This document shows, piece by piece, positions 37,860 to 50,740 of a DNA stretch of 64,000 bases. Origin of the DNA: Heterodontus francisci. Lineage: Eukaryota. Position 1 is the stretch's first letter; every line of letters begins with the position of its first letter. The DNA lies in the NCBI RefSeq assembly GCF_036365525.1, contig NC_090404.1, positions 12,366,550-12,430,549 of the forward strand. Reading direction: 5' to 3'. The notes under the pieces are model-generated. The model had not been told where the DNA came from, searched no databases, and worked only from the letters and a program-made list of their open reading frames with translations. The position numbers and the translations under genes were made by a program.

Positions 37860-39125
37860 TTCTAATGACACATTCGTTCACTGACATGTGGATTCGGTGG
37901 ATTCTGTATTGAGAGTTGTTGCAATGTTTCATGTGATTTTGCTGTAAAGGGATTAGAGAATTTAACGGCTTCTTCACAGATGGTGCTATTGAGCGATGTG
38001 ATTTGGTGTTTATTTGCTGATGAGACCGTGTGTCTGGGGCTACTATTAACACCTCACGGTTGTTCATTGTTTGAGGTTTCTACAATGTTTAACCTTGGTG
38101 ACATTTAGTTGCTGCAGGTTTTCTGATAGAATGCAAACAATACGTGTTTAAATATGTTTGAAATAAGATTGTAGGCAGAAAGCTACAGCGGTCAAAAATA
38201 GCTTTATGATATTTGGGTCGATAGTTATTTGTGGTAATTAAATTGTCATCAGTCTACTGTTCACGAACGTTTCTATGTAATGCAATAAATTTTGATTTCA
38301 TTAAGAAATGCATAAATAATAAATTTGTGGCTTTGGTCAGATTTAAATTAGTATAACCTCACTTACTATAATGCAATGATATCAGCCAATATCAATGAAA
38401 TATGCTATAGTATCAATATTAATTTATTACACTTGTCCTCTGTACTAACAATTCTGCTATCGTTATTTTATATATATGGTAATTTTAATAATTAGTTCGT
38501 TCAGAGACAGCCGGGCTCAATAGAATATGTATTGCGGTCTTTTGCAATGTTACATTTGATCCTGCTGAAAGTGTTTGTAGATTTAAGCTGCTTTTCCATG
38601 AAACGTACTGAGGCGGGATTCAGTCCCTCAGTGATATGATTTGGTGTTTATCCGCTGAGGAGAGTGTGTGCCTGGGTTACTTTGAATAAGTAAAATTTGT
38701 GAAACTATTTGGCATTGTTCGGCATTGTTTAATCTCAGTGACATCGAGCGGCTGCAGGTTTTCTGATCAAATGGAAACATTCTACGTGTTTAAAACTGTT
38801 TGAAAGAGGATTGTAGCCGGAATACTGGCAGGTTTCAGAAATGAGAAACAAAAAAACATTTTAAGATATTTCAAGGCATTTTTAAATTTTAAGTGATAAT
38901 TGCAGATTAAACTATTAAGCCATGGTTTATGACGTTCAATCGGTACCTGAAATGTTACTGCAAATATAAAGTGCATAATTAACAGGTTTGCAGATTGGAG
39001 AGTAAAGTTAATGTAATTCAAACAATTCTAATGCAGAAATATATCTCCTCATATAAAACAAATATGCTTTAATATTAACATCGATTTATTATTCGTTAAT
39101 CGCCTTTCACAATTCTGGTGTGCTG
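37860..39125 (+). repeat. Tandem duplication (two units of about 640 bp) immediately 3' of JH
   Basis: TGATTTGGTGTTTAT near 37998 and 38637; GCTGCAGGTTTTCTGAT at 38111 and 38751; AAATATGCT near 38398 and 39060. Confidence 0.85.
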
Positions 39126-41384
39126 TGCGCACAATTATCATGACTAGAAAACTTTATGGGCTGGAGACAATTTTTAATTATGCTTGAAATTATTTCAATA
39201 AGAGGGCACTTATTCCAGTGCTCTGTTCAGTTCGAAGAGCGCTTTTGAAGTAATAGCTATATTCCTGATTAAAACAGATGAATGACAGCTTGTATTTACT
39301 TATAACTTAAATAGGAGTTGTAAATTGCAGTTTTTCAGTGTAATATATCTGTCCCGTTATTACATTCTTTGCGTGCAGCCCAAAGCATGTTCTTCCTTCA
39401 ATGTCATTTGTTGTTGGATAGTGAAATAATTATCACTAATCTAATATTAACCATTTTCCTGAGACAAGAGGTCGCTGGTAGTCAAAGAATTGTTCATATG
39501 ATTTTATTTAAATTGAAGGATCTTGCAGACTGTGTAAGGCTAGAGACAAATGAATAACACCTTGAAATTCAAGCAGATTCAATTAATCACAACGATTAAT
39601 GTTTGTTTTGAATTCAATAACAACATCCTGTCTCTCATGGCTGTGATGCACGCAGGATAGAATTATAGGCAAAGAGCAGTTTATACCTGGGATTTATGCT
39701 CAATTCTTATTAAATATTAATTTGATCATAATATCTCGGCTACATTTGCTCATTGAGTTTCGTATGTCGCAGATGATCTTAAGGATTGTTCTCGTCCAAT
39801 TTTACAGTGATCATTTTGAAGCTTCTTTCAATAGAAAACACAATATATTTAACAATTAATTTACAGGGATTGTGTGAATTGCGGGGTAAAATATCAAAAC
39901 ATTGTGTGATTAAATACTGGCCGCTCAGTTGCTGATCGCAAACTGCCAGATGTTTTTAATTTTTTCTTATATAGTTAAGATTTATGACAACATTTAAACA
40001 TGAGACTCCTGCTTTCACAAACAGGCGATTTTGCAGCCCGTGGCCAGTTAGGGAGATGTGACCCCGGCCAGGCTTGAAACTACTTAAAATATTCCACTCC
40101 GGAATCCATCGTGTGCAATACTCGCTAAAAATAAAAGGAGTTTATGATACATCCACGCATTCAGTTACTTGCATAGTTGACAAGTTTGTAGATAAAAAGG
40201 GGGCGGGAGTCGAAATTATTGTTCATTTTAAATGATTGAACTATGATTCGAATTAAGTAAAAGTAATATATTTGTCTCAATGAAGTTTATTATTTAATAT
40301 TGATTAAGTATCATAATAATTTAATTAAAACCCTATGATTTCACAAGGTGCCAGGCAGAAACAAGTCATGAATTACTATTAACTATATTTTTAAAACATT
40401 ATAAACTCAGCTAATATAAATATTAACCTAGAATATAATAACATCGTTAATTTATTAAACATAAATGACCTCTCGCAATTGAGCGGTATACTTGCCAGGA
40501 TTCCAATGAGTGCAAAATCTCACGGGTCGGAGAGAATTTTGAATTATATCTAAAAATAACTGAGAGAATAATACATTTCTAACTCAGCTGTTCTTAGCTC
40601 GATAAGGTGTCACCGCAGATTTTAATGAATTAACTTTAGATATTGCTTCAAATATTTTTTTTTGGTGGGAGAGATTTAATTATATAATTGTACCTAACCA
40701 GTGGGTAATCGGTTTGCAAGATAAATGTCTCTTGATTTGCTAAATTCTTACTCTGTGACTGAATTTCCTGTTACAGACATCAAATTACCCTGAATGTGAA
40801 TTGTTTTGATTTACTCATTTTAAGGTAAACTATATCTTACATGTTTTTAAGATTTCAGACAGGGAGAAACAATTGAAAGTCTAAAGGAGTTTTTGAAATG
40901 AATATAAGTTTAATTTCGAAGAGTTTACAGACTTGGAGTGGTCACAATTTGCCAATTGATAAATTAGAATCAAACCGCTTCATTGAAATTGACAGATTGA
41001 ACAGATCTATCTGCTGAGAGCCCCATTGTTTCACCATTTGTGTCTGTTCTGTTTCTATGATCCTGCTCACTGTGTGGGGACGAGGAATCCTCCCAGCTGG
41101 TTGTACATCTTCTGGTTCGTTCTCCTGTATTGCAAGGAGTGCAATTTGATCCATTTATTTAAGAAACTTGTGTCTGTGAGAAATGTGGAACTTTGACTTT
41201 AAGTTTGATGAGGCTTCTCAGCAATGAGATCATATTCCAGTCCATGACAATCAGAAATCACAGTTCAGAGACATGACAGGCAGACTATAGAAGGAGCTTT
41301 GGTCATTTTGTAATCAGTAATTTACTTCCCTTGGGAGTGTTTGATTATCAGTGCAGAGAAAGCTTTGCTGTATATTTAATCCAT

Positions 41385-41700
41385 GCAGTAACTGTCCCGG
41401 GACTGTTTGATAGGGACAGTATAGAGGGAGACATTACTCTATATCTAAACCAGGTTGAACCTGTCCTGGATGTATTCGATGTGACAGTGTAGAGGGAGCT
41501 TTATTTAATATTAAACCAGTGCTTTACCTGACCCAAAGTGACAGTGAAGTATAGAGGTGGCTTGATATGGAATATAGCACTTGTGATTTCTGACCTTCCA
41601 GTTCATGATGGGGCCATACAAGGGGATCTTTACTCTAGAGCTGAAATGTCCTGTACCTGACCCGAGAGTGTTTTCCCCGTAGTGTTCAAGGAACCTTAAT
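41385..41700 (-). repeat. 67-bp tandem repeat, degenerate, in the J-C intron
   Basis: TGTTTGATAGGGACAGTATAGAGGGAG..TTACTCTATATCTAA is the reverse unit. Confidence 0.7.
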
Positions 41701-42389
41701 CTGCATGTAACTAATGAGCTGTGAGTTCTCGACCCAGATATACGAAAATAAATTGTTCCCTTGCCCAGATGAAACAATGCACATTACTTCATTTTAACAT
41801 TCATTCAAGCCCGAGTTTTAATGAATTCATAATTTTTAACATGTCAAGTATCAGATAATCATTGAATGAGATTGGTCTGATCTTGAGTGCACTTTCAAAG
41901 CAAACAGTTTCAGGAAGTGACCGTAATGCTCCAGAGAGCAGCGTCTGTTCTGATCTGATGGGAGGCTGGATTTTTTTGGCGATTTAAATCGTGATAGTCG
42001 AGACTCCCGCTCCACTTAACCTTCATGATAACCTCATGTTTGAAACCATTATTTCGTTCAAGTATTTTCAAAAGGTAACAGGCAGTGATAAACTCTGGTG
42101 AGATGCTGTCGTTGGATTTGGACAGGGTCATGCAGAAGGCACAAAGCCACAGAAGTAAGCTTCTGTGAAACTTTTGAAGTGAGGCAGTTAGCCTACAATC
42201 GATGTCAATCAAAATAAGCTTTAAGTCTCTGACAGTATCTGATTGACTAATTTGTATTAAATCCCTCAGATCCTCTTATTTTAAAAATCCTCTTTCATTA
42301 TAACAAACAATAAAAATATATGTCCACAGTGATGTTGAAATTTATGAAACCTTGCCTCCCATTAAATTTGGAAGAACCAGTTCTACTGA

Positions 42390-43510
42390 GTTGGGTAGAA
42401 TCAAAGAATCTTATAGCACGGAATGTGGCCATTCGACCCGTCATGCCTGTGTTAGCTCTCAAAGAGCTCTCCAATTTAATCATGCAAGCCCGTTTTTTCT
42501 TCATGCAAATTAGTCTCCTTCAAGGGCATTTCCGGTTGCCTTGTGCATTCAAGATGCGCTTGCAGACACCCTGCACAGACACGATGGGTCGAATGGCCTC
42601 CTTTTGCGCTGAAACCATTCTATGTTTCTATGAAAAACACCCTCTGTCTGGAAAGAAACCTCCTTCTGCAGCCACCAACCTGCCCCCGCTCCATTTTATT
42701 TTGGCCGATTATTTGTTTTGTTACTGACCCACTTGCCAGAGGAAATAATGTCTCCTTATCTGCTATATCAAAACATCCTATAATTTTGAATATACCTATT
42801 CGGCAACCACCTGAGGAGAACAATTCAGCTTGTATAATTTCTCTATATAACTGAACTCCCTCATTCCTGAGATCATCCTGGTCAACTCCCTCTGCACTCT
42901 CCCCAAGGCTTCGACATCCTCCCGAAAGTGTAATGGCCAGATTTGTGCGAAAAATACTTCAGCCTAATCAGCGATTTGTAAAGCTTTAATTGTGTTTTGT
43001 ATTCAGTTCTCCACTTTACAAGACCAAGTAGTCCATTTGCTTTCTTAACTGCCTTCAAAACATTGTGAATATGTACCTCAGGCCCCTGTATTTTCAACCA
43101 TTTCAAAATAGTACCATTTAGATTACATTAACTTTAGATTGCACTTCACACTTATCTGCATTAAATTACATCTGTTCTGTCCCTGAACATTTCACCAGTC
43201 TGTTTATGTCCTCCTGAACCCTGTAATTATTTTGTAATTATTTGTTTTGTATCACCTTCGAACTACTAAATTGTACTCCCCACACCCAAGTCCACCTCAT
43301 TATATTTAAGAGAGAAAAAACAGTGACCCTACGACCGACCAAGGGGGATTGCAATTCTTTCCAGTCAGAAAAGCATTAGTTCACCGTCACTCTCTGCTTC
43401 CTATCCTTAGCAGGTTACCATCATCCCTTTAATCCATGTGCTTCTATTTTCCGAATGTTCTCTTATGTAGTATGTTTTCTAATGCCATTTGAAAGCCCAG
43501 ATTTCCGTCT
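42390..43510 (-). mobile_element. Degenerate CR1 LINE in the J-C intron (antisense)
   Basis: KAVKKANGLLG...LYKSLIR on the minus strand; reversed CR1 tail at 42390-42450. Confidence 0.7.
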
Positions 43511-44149
43511 TTTGCGCCACCAATATCGACAATCTCTTTTCCATCATGTTGGTGACAGAGCTTTCAATATCTGACCAATAAACAGCAAGTGTTCGAATTC
43601 TCCACACAAACCAGAAGTGAGAGTTGACCATGTCAGCAACAGCACTTCAGGTACCTTTGTCCTTCGTTGCATGGAACGACTGATATTCACTTGGTGTATA
43701 ATGTGTAAATGATGCCAATATAATATATTTATAGAAGAAACCTGTCCGAATGTTCTCATTATGGTCGGTGCAAGCAGCAAGAAGAGGTGTCTGTAACGAC
43801 ACAGTCAGCAACACCAGTTCTCACTGGTGAGAGGTGGGAAGATACTTTGGAAAATTAAATGGAGCATTTCAAAAACATCATTCCAGATGACCGATTTTAG
43901 GAATCGGATTATTAATTGAGTCGGAGGGCGAAGCAAACTCCGGAGAGATCCATTCAGTAGAATAAGATAGAACACAAATCACAATCCTCAAGTACTGAGA
44001 ATGAAAATGATGGTCTGGAATCAATGCAGAGTCATCTAAAACTTTAATTCCAAAAGCTAGGTTGTGTAAAAATTCCCCTCTGAAATCTGGATAACAAATG
44101 ATTCAGTCAATATTTTTAAAGGAGACTTCGACTATTTATTTTAAAAGTC

Positions 44150-44530
44150 CTTTATTGTCATTGGGACATAGAAGATTAAGATGAAGTCTGGTAGAGGTGC
44201 TTTGAATAATGAATGTTTTTATACTGAAATTCAGAAACCAATTTCCCCAGATCAGTGAGTTGGTCTGTAGAGGGCACTGATTTAAAATCAGCATCAAAAG
44301 AATGAAGGAAGAGGGTATGGATCTACTTTTCCACACAGGGGGTTGTTAGGATCTGGGATGTCCTATCAGAAAGAGGGCTGCAATCTGAATCCAAATTAGC
44401 TGGATAAAATGGAACATTTGAAAAGAAGATTAGGAATTGGAAGGTCAGCGGGATTGCTGGTGTGATCTTTCACAGGCCTGATGGACCGAATGGCCTCCTT
44501 GTCTGCTATCATTTCTATAATTTTATAATC
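44150..44530 (+). mobile_element. CR1 3' end fragment in the J-C intron
   Basis: RRLR.SLVEVL; GATGGACCGAATGGCCTCC tail. Confidence 0.6.
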
Positions 44531-45132
44531 CTGGATCATGAACATGCGAGGAGTTGTTGTAGTTTTTTATGGAAAAATAATGGAAATACTTTGCCTGGTA
44601 GTCATGTTTCGAGTTTTAAGCTCATTTTATAAGCATGCATTGGGATGGCACTTTGTATGAGTTGTCGCTATTTCGGAGGTCGGGGAGGGGGGTGGTTGGG
44701 GGTGGGGAGAGGTGGGATGGGGAAATCCAGCACTCTATTTGCAGAGAGCATATTTCCAAAAACTGCAATTAATAAATGCAGAGTGTTTTTTTTTTGACAA
44801 AGTGCTCTTGGTTGAGAAATAAATACTGGCAGGAATCATGGGGAAACCCCTCTTCCATGTTAATCCAATGAAAGGTACTTTATTCAGGCGACGTCAAAAG
44901 GCTCCTACTTTTGTAATGTAACAGATCCTGAAAGAGAGGTGAGTTCCTGACCAGGAGACCAACAGGTGATGATTCCCAATGATGGAAGTGGTAGAAGCTC
45001 AAATGCGGATGAAGGTTTTAATCGGAAAATATTGGAATTAGTTTCTAGCTGGAGTCAAATTCCAAGTTGTTTGGTTACTTGATAAGCATGAATTACTGAG
45101 TCTAACTTGTTCAATCTGCCATTCTTTCACAG

Positions 45133-45429
45133 CGACACCGTCTCCCCCAACCCTTTACGGCCTGTGCTCCTGTGAGCAACCCAACACCGACGGCTCCTTG
45201 GCCTACGGCTGTTTGGCGATGGACTACATCCCCCAAATCACCAGCGTTTCCTGGAAGAAAGATAATGAGCCGATCACCACTGGATTGAAGACTTACCCGT
45301 CAGTGCTGAGCAAGAAGGGAACCTACACCCGGAGCAGCCAGTTAACCATCACCGAGTCAGAGGTGGGAAGCAGCAAAATCTACTGCGAGGTTCGACGCGG
45401 AGATTCGGTCTGGATCAAGGAAATTCCAG
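45133..45429 (+). CDS. IGHM: IgM constant exon Cmu1
   Basis: Acceptor TTCTTTCACAG; [32 protein letters not shown]...SWKK...[16 protein letters not shown]; donor G|GTTAG. Confidence 0.97.
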
Positions 45430-45641
45430 GTTAGTGCTGTGGAAACTGTGAAGAACAGAAAAACTATAATTGTTTTGTGTAAGGCTTTGGCTATAACACA
45501 TTTAGAGCATTGTGCACAGTTTTGATCCTTGGAAAATCTAGTTAGTGTCTGCTTGACAGCAAATAACCTGTTAAAATATAAGAACAGTTTGCATTAGTTG
45601 TTAATTTCTTCTAGAAATGTCTAACATGTTTTTTCTTGAAG

Positions 45642-45959
45642 ATTGTAAAGGTGACATCGTCCATCCAACTGTTATCCTCACCCAGAGTTCCAGTGAAGAA
45701 ATCACAAGCAGAAGATTTGCAACTGTCTTGTGTTCAATCATCGATTTCCATCCAGAGTCAATAACCGTGAGTTGGTTGAAGGATGGACAAACCATGGAAT
45801 CGGGCTTCGTCACCTCTCCCGTCTGTGAAGTGAACGGGAACTTCTCGGCGACCAGTCGGCTGACAGTCCCCGCTGGGGAATGGTTCACCAACACTGTCTA
45901 TACCTGCCAGGTCTCTCATCAAGAGGTCACCCAAAGCCGAAACATCACCGGATCTCCAG
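45642..45959 (+). CDS. IGHM: IgM constant exon Cmu2
   Basis: Acceptor TTTTCTTGAAG; [13 protein letters not shown]...[20 protein letters not shown]...YTCQVSHQ...GSP; donor G|GTAAG. Confidence 0.97.
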
Positions 45960-46169
45960 GTAAGAGACACAAACGGAGGAAGCTCCAGATCATTCTGTGT
46001 TCTGATGAATATCTAAGAAAGGAATTTATTGGAATTAGTACAAAGCACAGAATAATTTCTCATTTACAATCATGTAGGTTTTTGCTTCATTCCACGGTAA
46101 GTACTGAATTAGGATTGTTTACGTTCAACATGTTATCACATCACCAAATAATGGTTCCCTCTGCTTTGA

Positions 46170-48050
46170 TACAAGAACACAAGAAATAGGAGCAGAGGTA
46201 GACCATATGGCCATCGAGCCTGCTCTGCCATTTAATACGATCATGGCTGATCTGGGGTTTCAATTCCGCTTTCCTGCACACTCCCCATATCCCTTGGTTC
46301 TCTGCGAGACTATAAATTTTTCGATCCCAGCCTTAAATGTATTCAATGACGGAGCATCCACAACCCTCTGGGATAGAGAATTCCAAAGATTCACAACCCT
46401 TTGAGTGTAGTAATTTCTCCTCATCTCAGTCCAGAAAGATTGACCCCTTATCCTGAGACTGTGTACCCGTGTTGCAGATTCCCTGACCAGTGGGAACAAT
46501 CTCTCAGCTTCTACCCTATCAAGCCCTTTCAGAATCTAGATCGCCTCTCATTCTTCTAAACTCCAAAGAATATAGGCCCAATTTACTCAGCCTCTCATCA
46601 TGGAACAAAGCCCTCAACCCAGCAACCAATTCAATAAATTTTCACTGCACTGCCTCCGGTGCACGTATATCCTTTCTTAAATGTGGACACCAAAATAGCA
46701 CACAGTATTCCAGGTGCGGTCTTCCCAAAGCCTGGTACAATTTTAGTACGACTTCTTTATTTCTGTACTCCAATCCCCTTGCAATAAAGGCTAACACGCC
46801 ATTTGCCTTCCAAATAGTCTGCTGCACCTGCATGTTAACTTTGTGCATTTCGTGAACGAGTACCCCCAAGTCTCTCTGAACATCAACACTTAACAGTTTG
46901 GCACCTTGTAAAAAATATTTGGCTTTTCTATTTTTAGGACCAAAGTGAACAACTGCACACTTCCCTATATAATACTCGATTTGCCAACTTATTGCCCATT
47001 CACTTAACCTGTCTATATCTCTTTTCAGCCTCTCTACATCCTCCCTGCATCTTATCTTTCCACTGAACTTTGTATCATCAGCAAACCTAGATAATTACTC
47101 TCTGTCCCTTCATCCAAGTCATTAATATATGGTGTAAATATCTGAGGCCTCAGTACTGATCCTTGCAGCCCCTCTATTCACTGCCTGCCAATTTGAAAAT
47201 ACCCCATTTTTGCCCACTCTCTGCTTCCTGTCTATTAACCAATCCGCTATCCACGCTAATATATTATCCCAACACCATGAGCCCTTTTCTTGCCTATTAA
47301 TCTTTTATGTGGCACCTTATCGAATTCCTTTTGAAAATCCAGGTATCCTACATCTACTGGTTCCCCTTTATCTACCCTATTAAGTATATCCTCTAAAAAT
47401 CTAATAAATTTGTCAAAAAGGATCTCACTTTAGTCACACCATACTGACTTGATCTAATCATACCATGCTTTTCTACGAGCAATGTTAAGACTTCTTTAAT
47501 AATAGTTTCCAGCATCTTCCCAACGACTGATGTTAGGCTAACTGGCCTGTAGTTCCCTCTTTTTTCCCTACCTCCTTTCTTTAAAAACGGTGTAACATTT
47601 GCTAACTTATAGTTGATGGGACCATTCCTGAATCATGGGAATTCTGGAAATACATAACTAGCACATGCACTATCACTGCAGTTATCTCTTTTGGAACACC
47701 AGAATGTAGGCCATCTGCTCTCAGGGCCTTGTCATATTTTAGTCCCTCAAGTATCTCCAATATTCTTTCTCATCTGATATCCATATCCTTAATTTCCTCA
47801 CTCTTTTTAGCACCCTAGGGTACTGCCTATTTCTGGTACGGAACTTATGTCTTCCACTGTGAAGACAGACACAAAATATTTGTTCAATGCCTCTGCCATT
47901 TCTTCATTCCCCATGATTATTTCTCCTGTCTCTGCCTCCTTATTATGTACTTAAAAAAGCTCTTCCATCGGTTTTTATATTGCTGTCTAGTTTACTCTCA
48001 TGTTCTAGGTTTCCCTTCTTATCAGCTTTTTGGTGGCCCTTTGCTGGTTT
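46170..48050 (-). mobile_element. CR1 LINE in the Cmu2-Cmu3 intron (antisense)
   Basis: KANGVLAFIARGLEYRNKEVVLKLYQALGRPHLEYCVLFW on the minus strand; YRPVSLTSVVGK upstream. Confidence 0.88.
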
Positions 48051-48229
48051 CTAAAACACTTCCCCTCCTCAGGCTTGCATCTAATTGATGTCATATAGTG
48101 AGTGGGGTGGCCTTGATATCAGGTTTATTCTGAGTTGGCTGATTATATTCAGAGCGGCAATAGGTGTCTGAAACCGTTTCCTGGTAAGTGTCTCGAGATC
48201 AAGTGCCAGAAAGAGCATCTACCCTATTT

Positions 48230-48760
48230 AGAAAACTGTGTTCAATTCTGGACTCCGGAGCTCAGGCAGAATATGTTGGTCGTGTGAGTGATGCAACAGA
48301 AATTGACTAGAACGATAGCCGGGCTGAACGGGTTAAATGAAGAGGGCAGGTTTCACAGAGCAAAACTGGTATTGCTTTCTGTATTGAGGATTAAAGGGGT
48401 ATGTAATTGAGGTGTTTAAGATGTTTACTGGAATCGATGGAGAAAAAATATTTTCTCTGGTGAAGGACTCGAGAACAAGGGGCATACCTTTCAAATTAGA
48501 CCAAAGTCATTCAGGGATGATATCAGGAAGGAAACATTCACACAGTGGGTAGCAGAAATCTGGAATTCTCTCCCCAACTCGCTCTTGAAGTCTGGCATCA
48601 ATTGAAAATTTTAATGTTGAGCTTAATAGATTTGTGAGGCAAGGGTATTAAAGGGTTACATATGGGTAGACGGTATTAAGATACAGATCAGCCATTGTCT
48701 AATTGAATGGCGGAACAGGCTCCAGGGGCTGAATGGCCTACTCTTTTTCCTATTTGCTAT
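48230..48760 (+). mobile_element. CR1 3' end fragment
   Basis: Degenerate RT C-terminus and GGGGCTGAATGGCCTACTC tail. Confidence 0.65.
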
Positions 48761-49495
48761 TACTGCCCTCTTGTCAGATCACCTTCTGACTCCAGACTGA
48801 CATATGAAGAGTTCCCACTCATGACAGATTTTAGCAAATTACCTTGCACTGTTATTGCAAATTATCCTGCACCTCCAAAAGACTCCTTAGAACTGCTTTT
48901 CCCCGCCTTTCACACCTCCTCCGAATGGTTCCTACATATTTTCATCTCCAGAAATATCGTGACAAGGCGCCAGAAAATTAACTTTGTTTGACGTTGGGCC
49001 TAAAATTCGGAATTTCATTTGACACGGGTTTTGAGTCAGTGTGAATTATATGTATAGCTCCTGTCCTTGGGTGACAAAGCCATTGTATTCAGCGGAGATG
49101 TGATCCGGTGCAGTGATTAATAGAAGGGCGGAAATGCGAACATACAAATTAGTAACAGGAGTAGGCCACTCGGTCCCTCGAGCCTGCTCCGCCAAGGATT
49201 TCGGGAAGAACTTTATTCAGTGCATAACACAATTTCTCCCGCAATTATTCAATTTTTACGCCGGGTACTTGCTTCAAAGCCTATTGCAGGTTTCTTTGGG
49301 TGCAAGTACAGAGTATCTGTTATAGGATCTCCAGGAAGCTTTCTCAGGTTTTTGTCTTTCCAAGAAACGATATTATTTAAGCAACAGCTTGAGGTTCATA
49401 TTCTGAAGTTGATTTATTCTGCTGAAGACAGGGAAGGCTGAATATTGGTGTCTGATTCTGAAGATCATTCTTTGACTTTTATTTCTGTTTTACAG

Positions 49496-49804
49496 TTCCT
49501 TGCTCCTGCAATGATCCAGTAATTAAACTACTGCCACCATCAATAGAACAGGTCTTACTGGAGGCGACGGTGACCTTAACCTGCGTCGTGTCTAATGCTC
49601 CTTATGGAGTCAATGTGTCCTGGACCCAAGAAAAGAAGCATTTGAAATCAGAGATTGCCGTCCAACCCGGAGAGGGTACCGACAGCGTGATCAGCACCGT
49701 ACATACCTCGACACAATCCTGGCTGAGTGGGGCTGACTTCTACTGCGTGGTGAGCCATCAGGATCTGCCGACTCCACTCAGAGATTCCATCCACAAGGAA
49801 AATG
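49496..49804 (+). CDS. IGHM: IgM constant exon Cmu3
   Basis: Acceptor TGTTTTACAG; [32 protein letters not shown]...SW...[22 protein letters not shown]; donor G|GTGAG. Confidence 0.97.
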
Positions 49805-50304
49805 GTGAGCGATGAGAATGAAGCAATAAGTGAGAGGTTGTCCTTATTACCTGTGTTAGGGCGAAAAACAATTCATCCTATTAAGTGTTCTCATGGATTA
49901 TTCTGATAATTTAATTGCAATTCCCCCGACGAAAACCCTCTTGAATCATAGGTGTTGCATTTAAAGAGAAACTAGATAAGTAGATGAGGGAGAAAGATAG
50001 AAGGAGATGAAGAAAGATGGGAGGAAGTTTGTGTGTAGCATAAACAAAAGCTCAGACCAGCTGGGCCGAATGCCCTCTTCTTGTGCTGTAATTTCTACGT
50101 AATTTTCCAGTCTAACCCTTTAATTTCTCAGAGAGAAGGATTGCATCCAACTCTGCTCCGGGTTGGAAAACAAGACTGGCCCCAGAGGGGAAAAGGAAAA
50201 CCTTTAAAATTCAGCGCAAAGCACATTCCTCTCAGATGTAACCACCGGTTTCATTGTCTGTGGAATTCTCCTGTTTATTGACATTTATTTTAATTTTTCT
50301 GCAG

Positions 50305-50696
50305 TTCCAAATCTGCAGGAACCGTTCGTGACTGTCCTCCTGCCCCCGGCAGAAGAAGTCTCCGCTCAGAGGTTCCTCTCCCTCACCTGCTTAGTGAGAG
50401 GTTTCTCCCCCCGAGAGATCTTCGTCAAGTGGACCGTCAATGACAAGTCGGTGAATCCCGGCAACTACAAGAACACAGAGGTGATGGCAGAGAACGACAA
50501 TAGCTCCTACTTCATCTACAGCCTGTTATCCATTGCAGCGGAGGAGTGGGCCAGCGGCGCTTCTTACTCCTGTGTGGTGGGACATGAAGCGATCCCCTTG
50601 AAGATCATCAACAGAACAGTTAATAAATCCAGCGGTAAACCGAGTTTTGTGAACATTTCCCTTGCACTGTTGGACACTGTCAATTCATGTCAATGA
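50305..50696 (+). CDS. IGHM: IgM constant exon Cmu4 plus secretory tailpiece
   Basis: Acceptor TTTTTCTGCAG; [18 protein letters not shown]...[17 protein letters not shown]...[11 protein letters not shown]...[23 protein letters not shown]-stop. Internal donor G|GTAAA at 50635 serves the membrane form; the tailpiece has an NIS sequon and a penultimate Cys. Confidence 0.98.
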
Positions 50697-50724
50697 GAAT
50701 CTCTCGATTGCATTTCAATTCTTA

Positions 50725-50740
50725 AATAAAAACTAATAAA
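50725..50740 (+). terminator. Secretory-form polyadenylation signals (two AATAAA)
   Basis: AATAAA at 50725-50730 and 50735-50740, about 30 nt after the secretory stop. Confidence 0.8.

Noticed and set aside
42503-42510. Perfect octamer ATGCAAAT in the J-C intron
   Set aside because: Lies inside a decayed CR1 fragment with no accompanying enhancer motifs; likely chance
45617-46189. 190-aa ORF suggesting an extended or alternative Cmu2 C-terminus
   Set aside because: Read-through past a consensus G|GTAAG donor; the extension has no tailpiece or TM features
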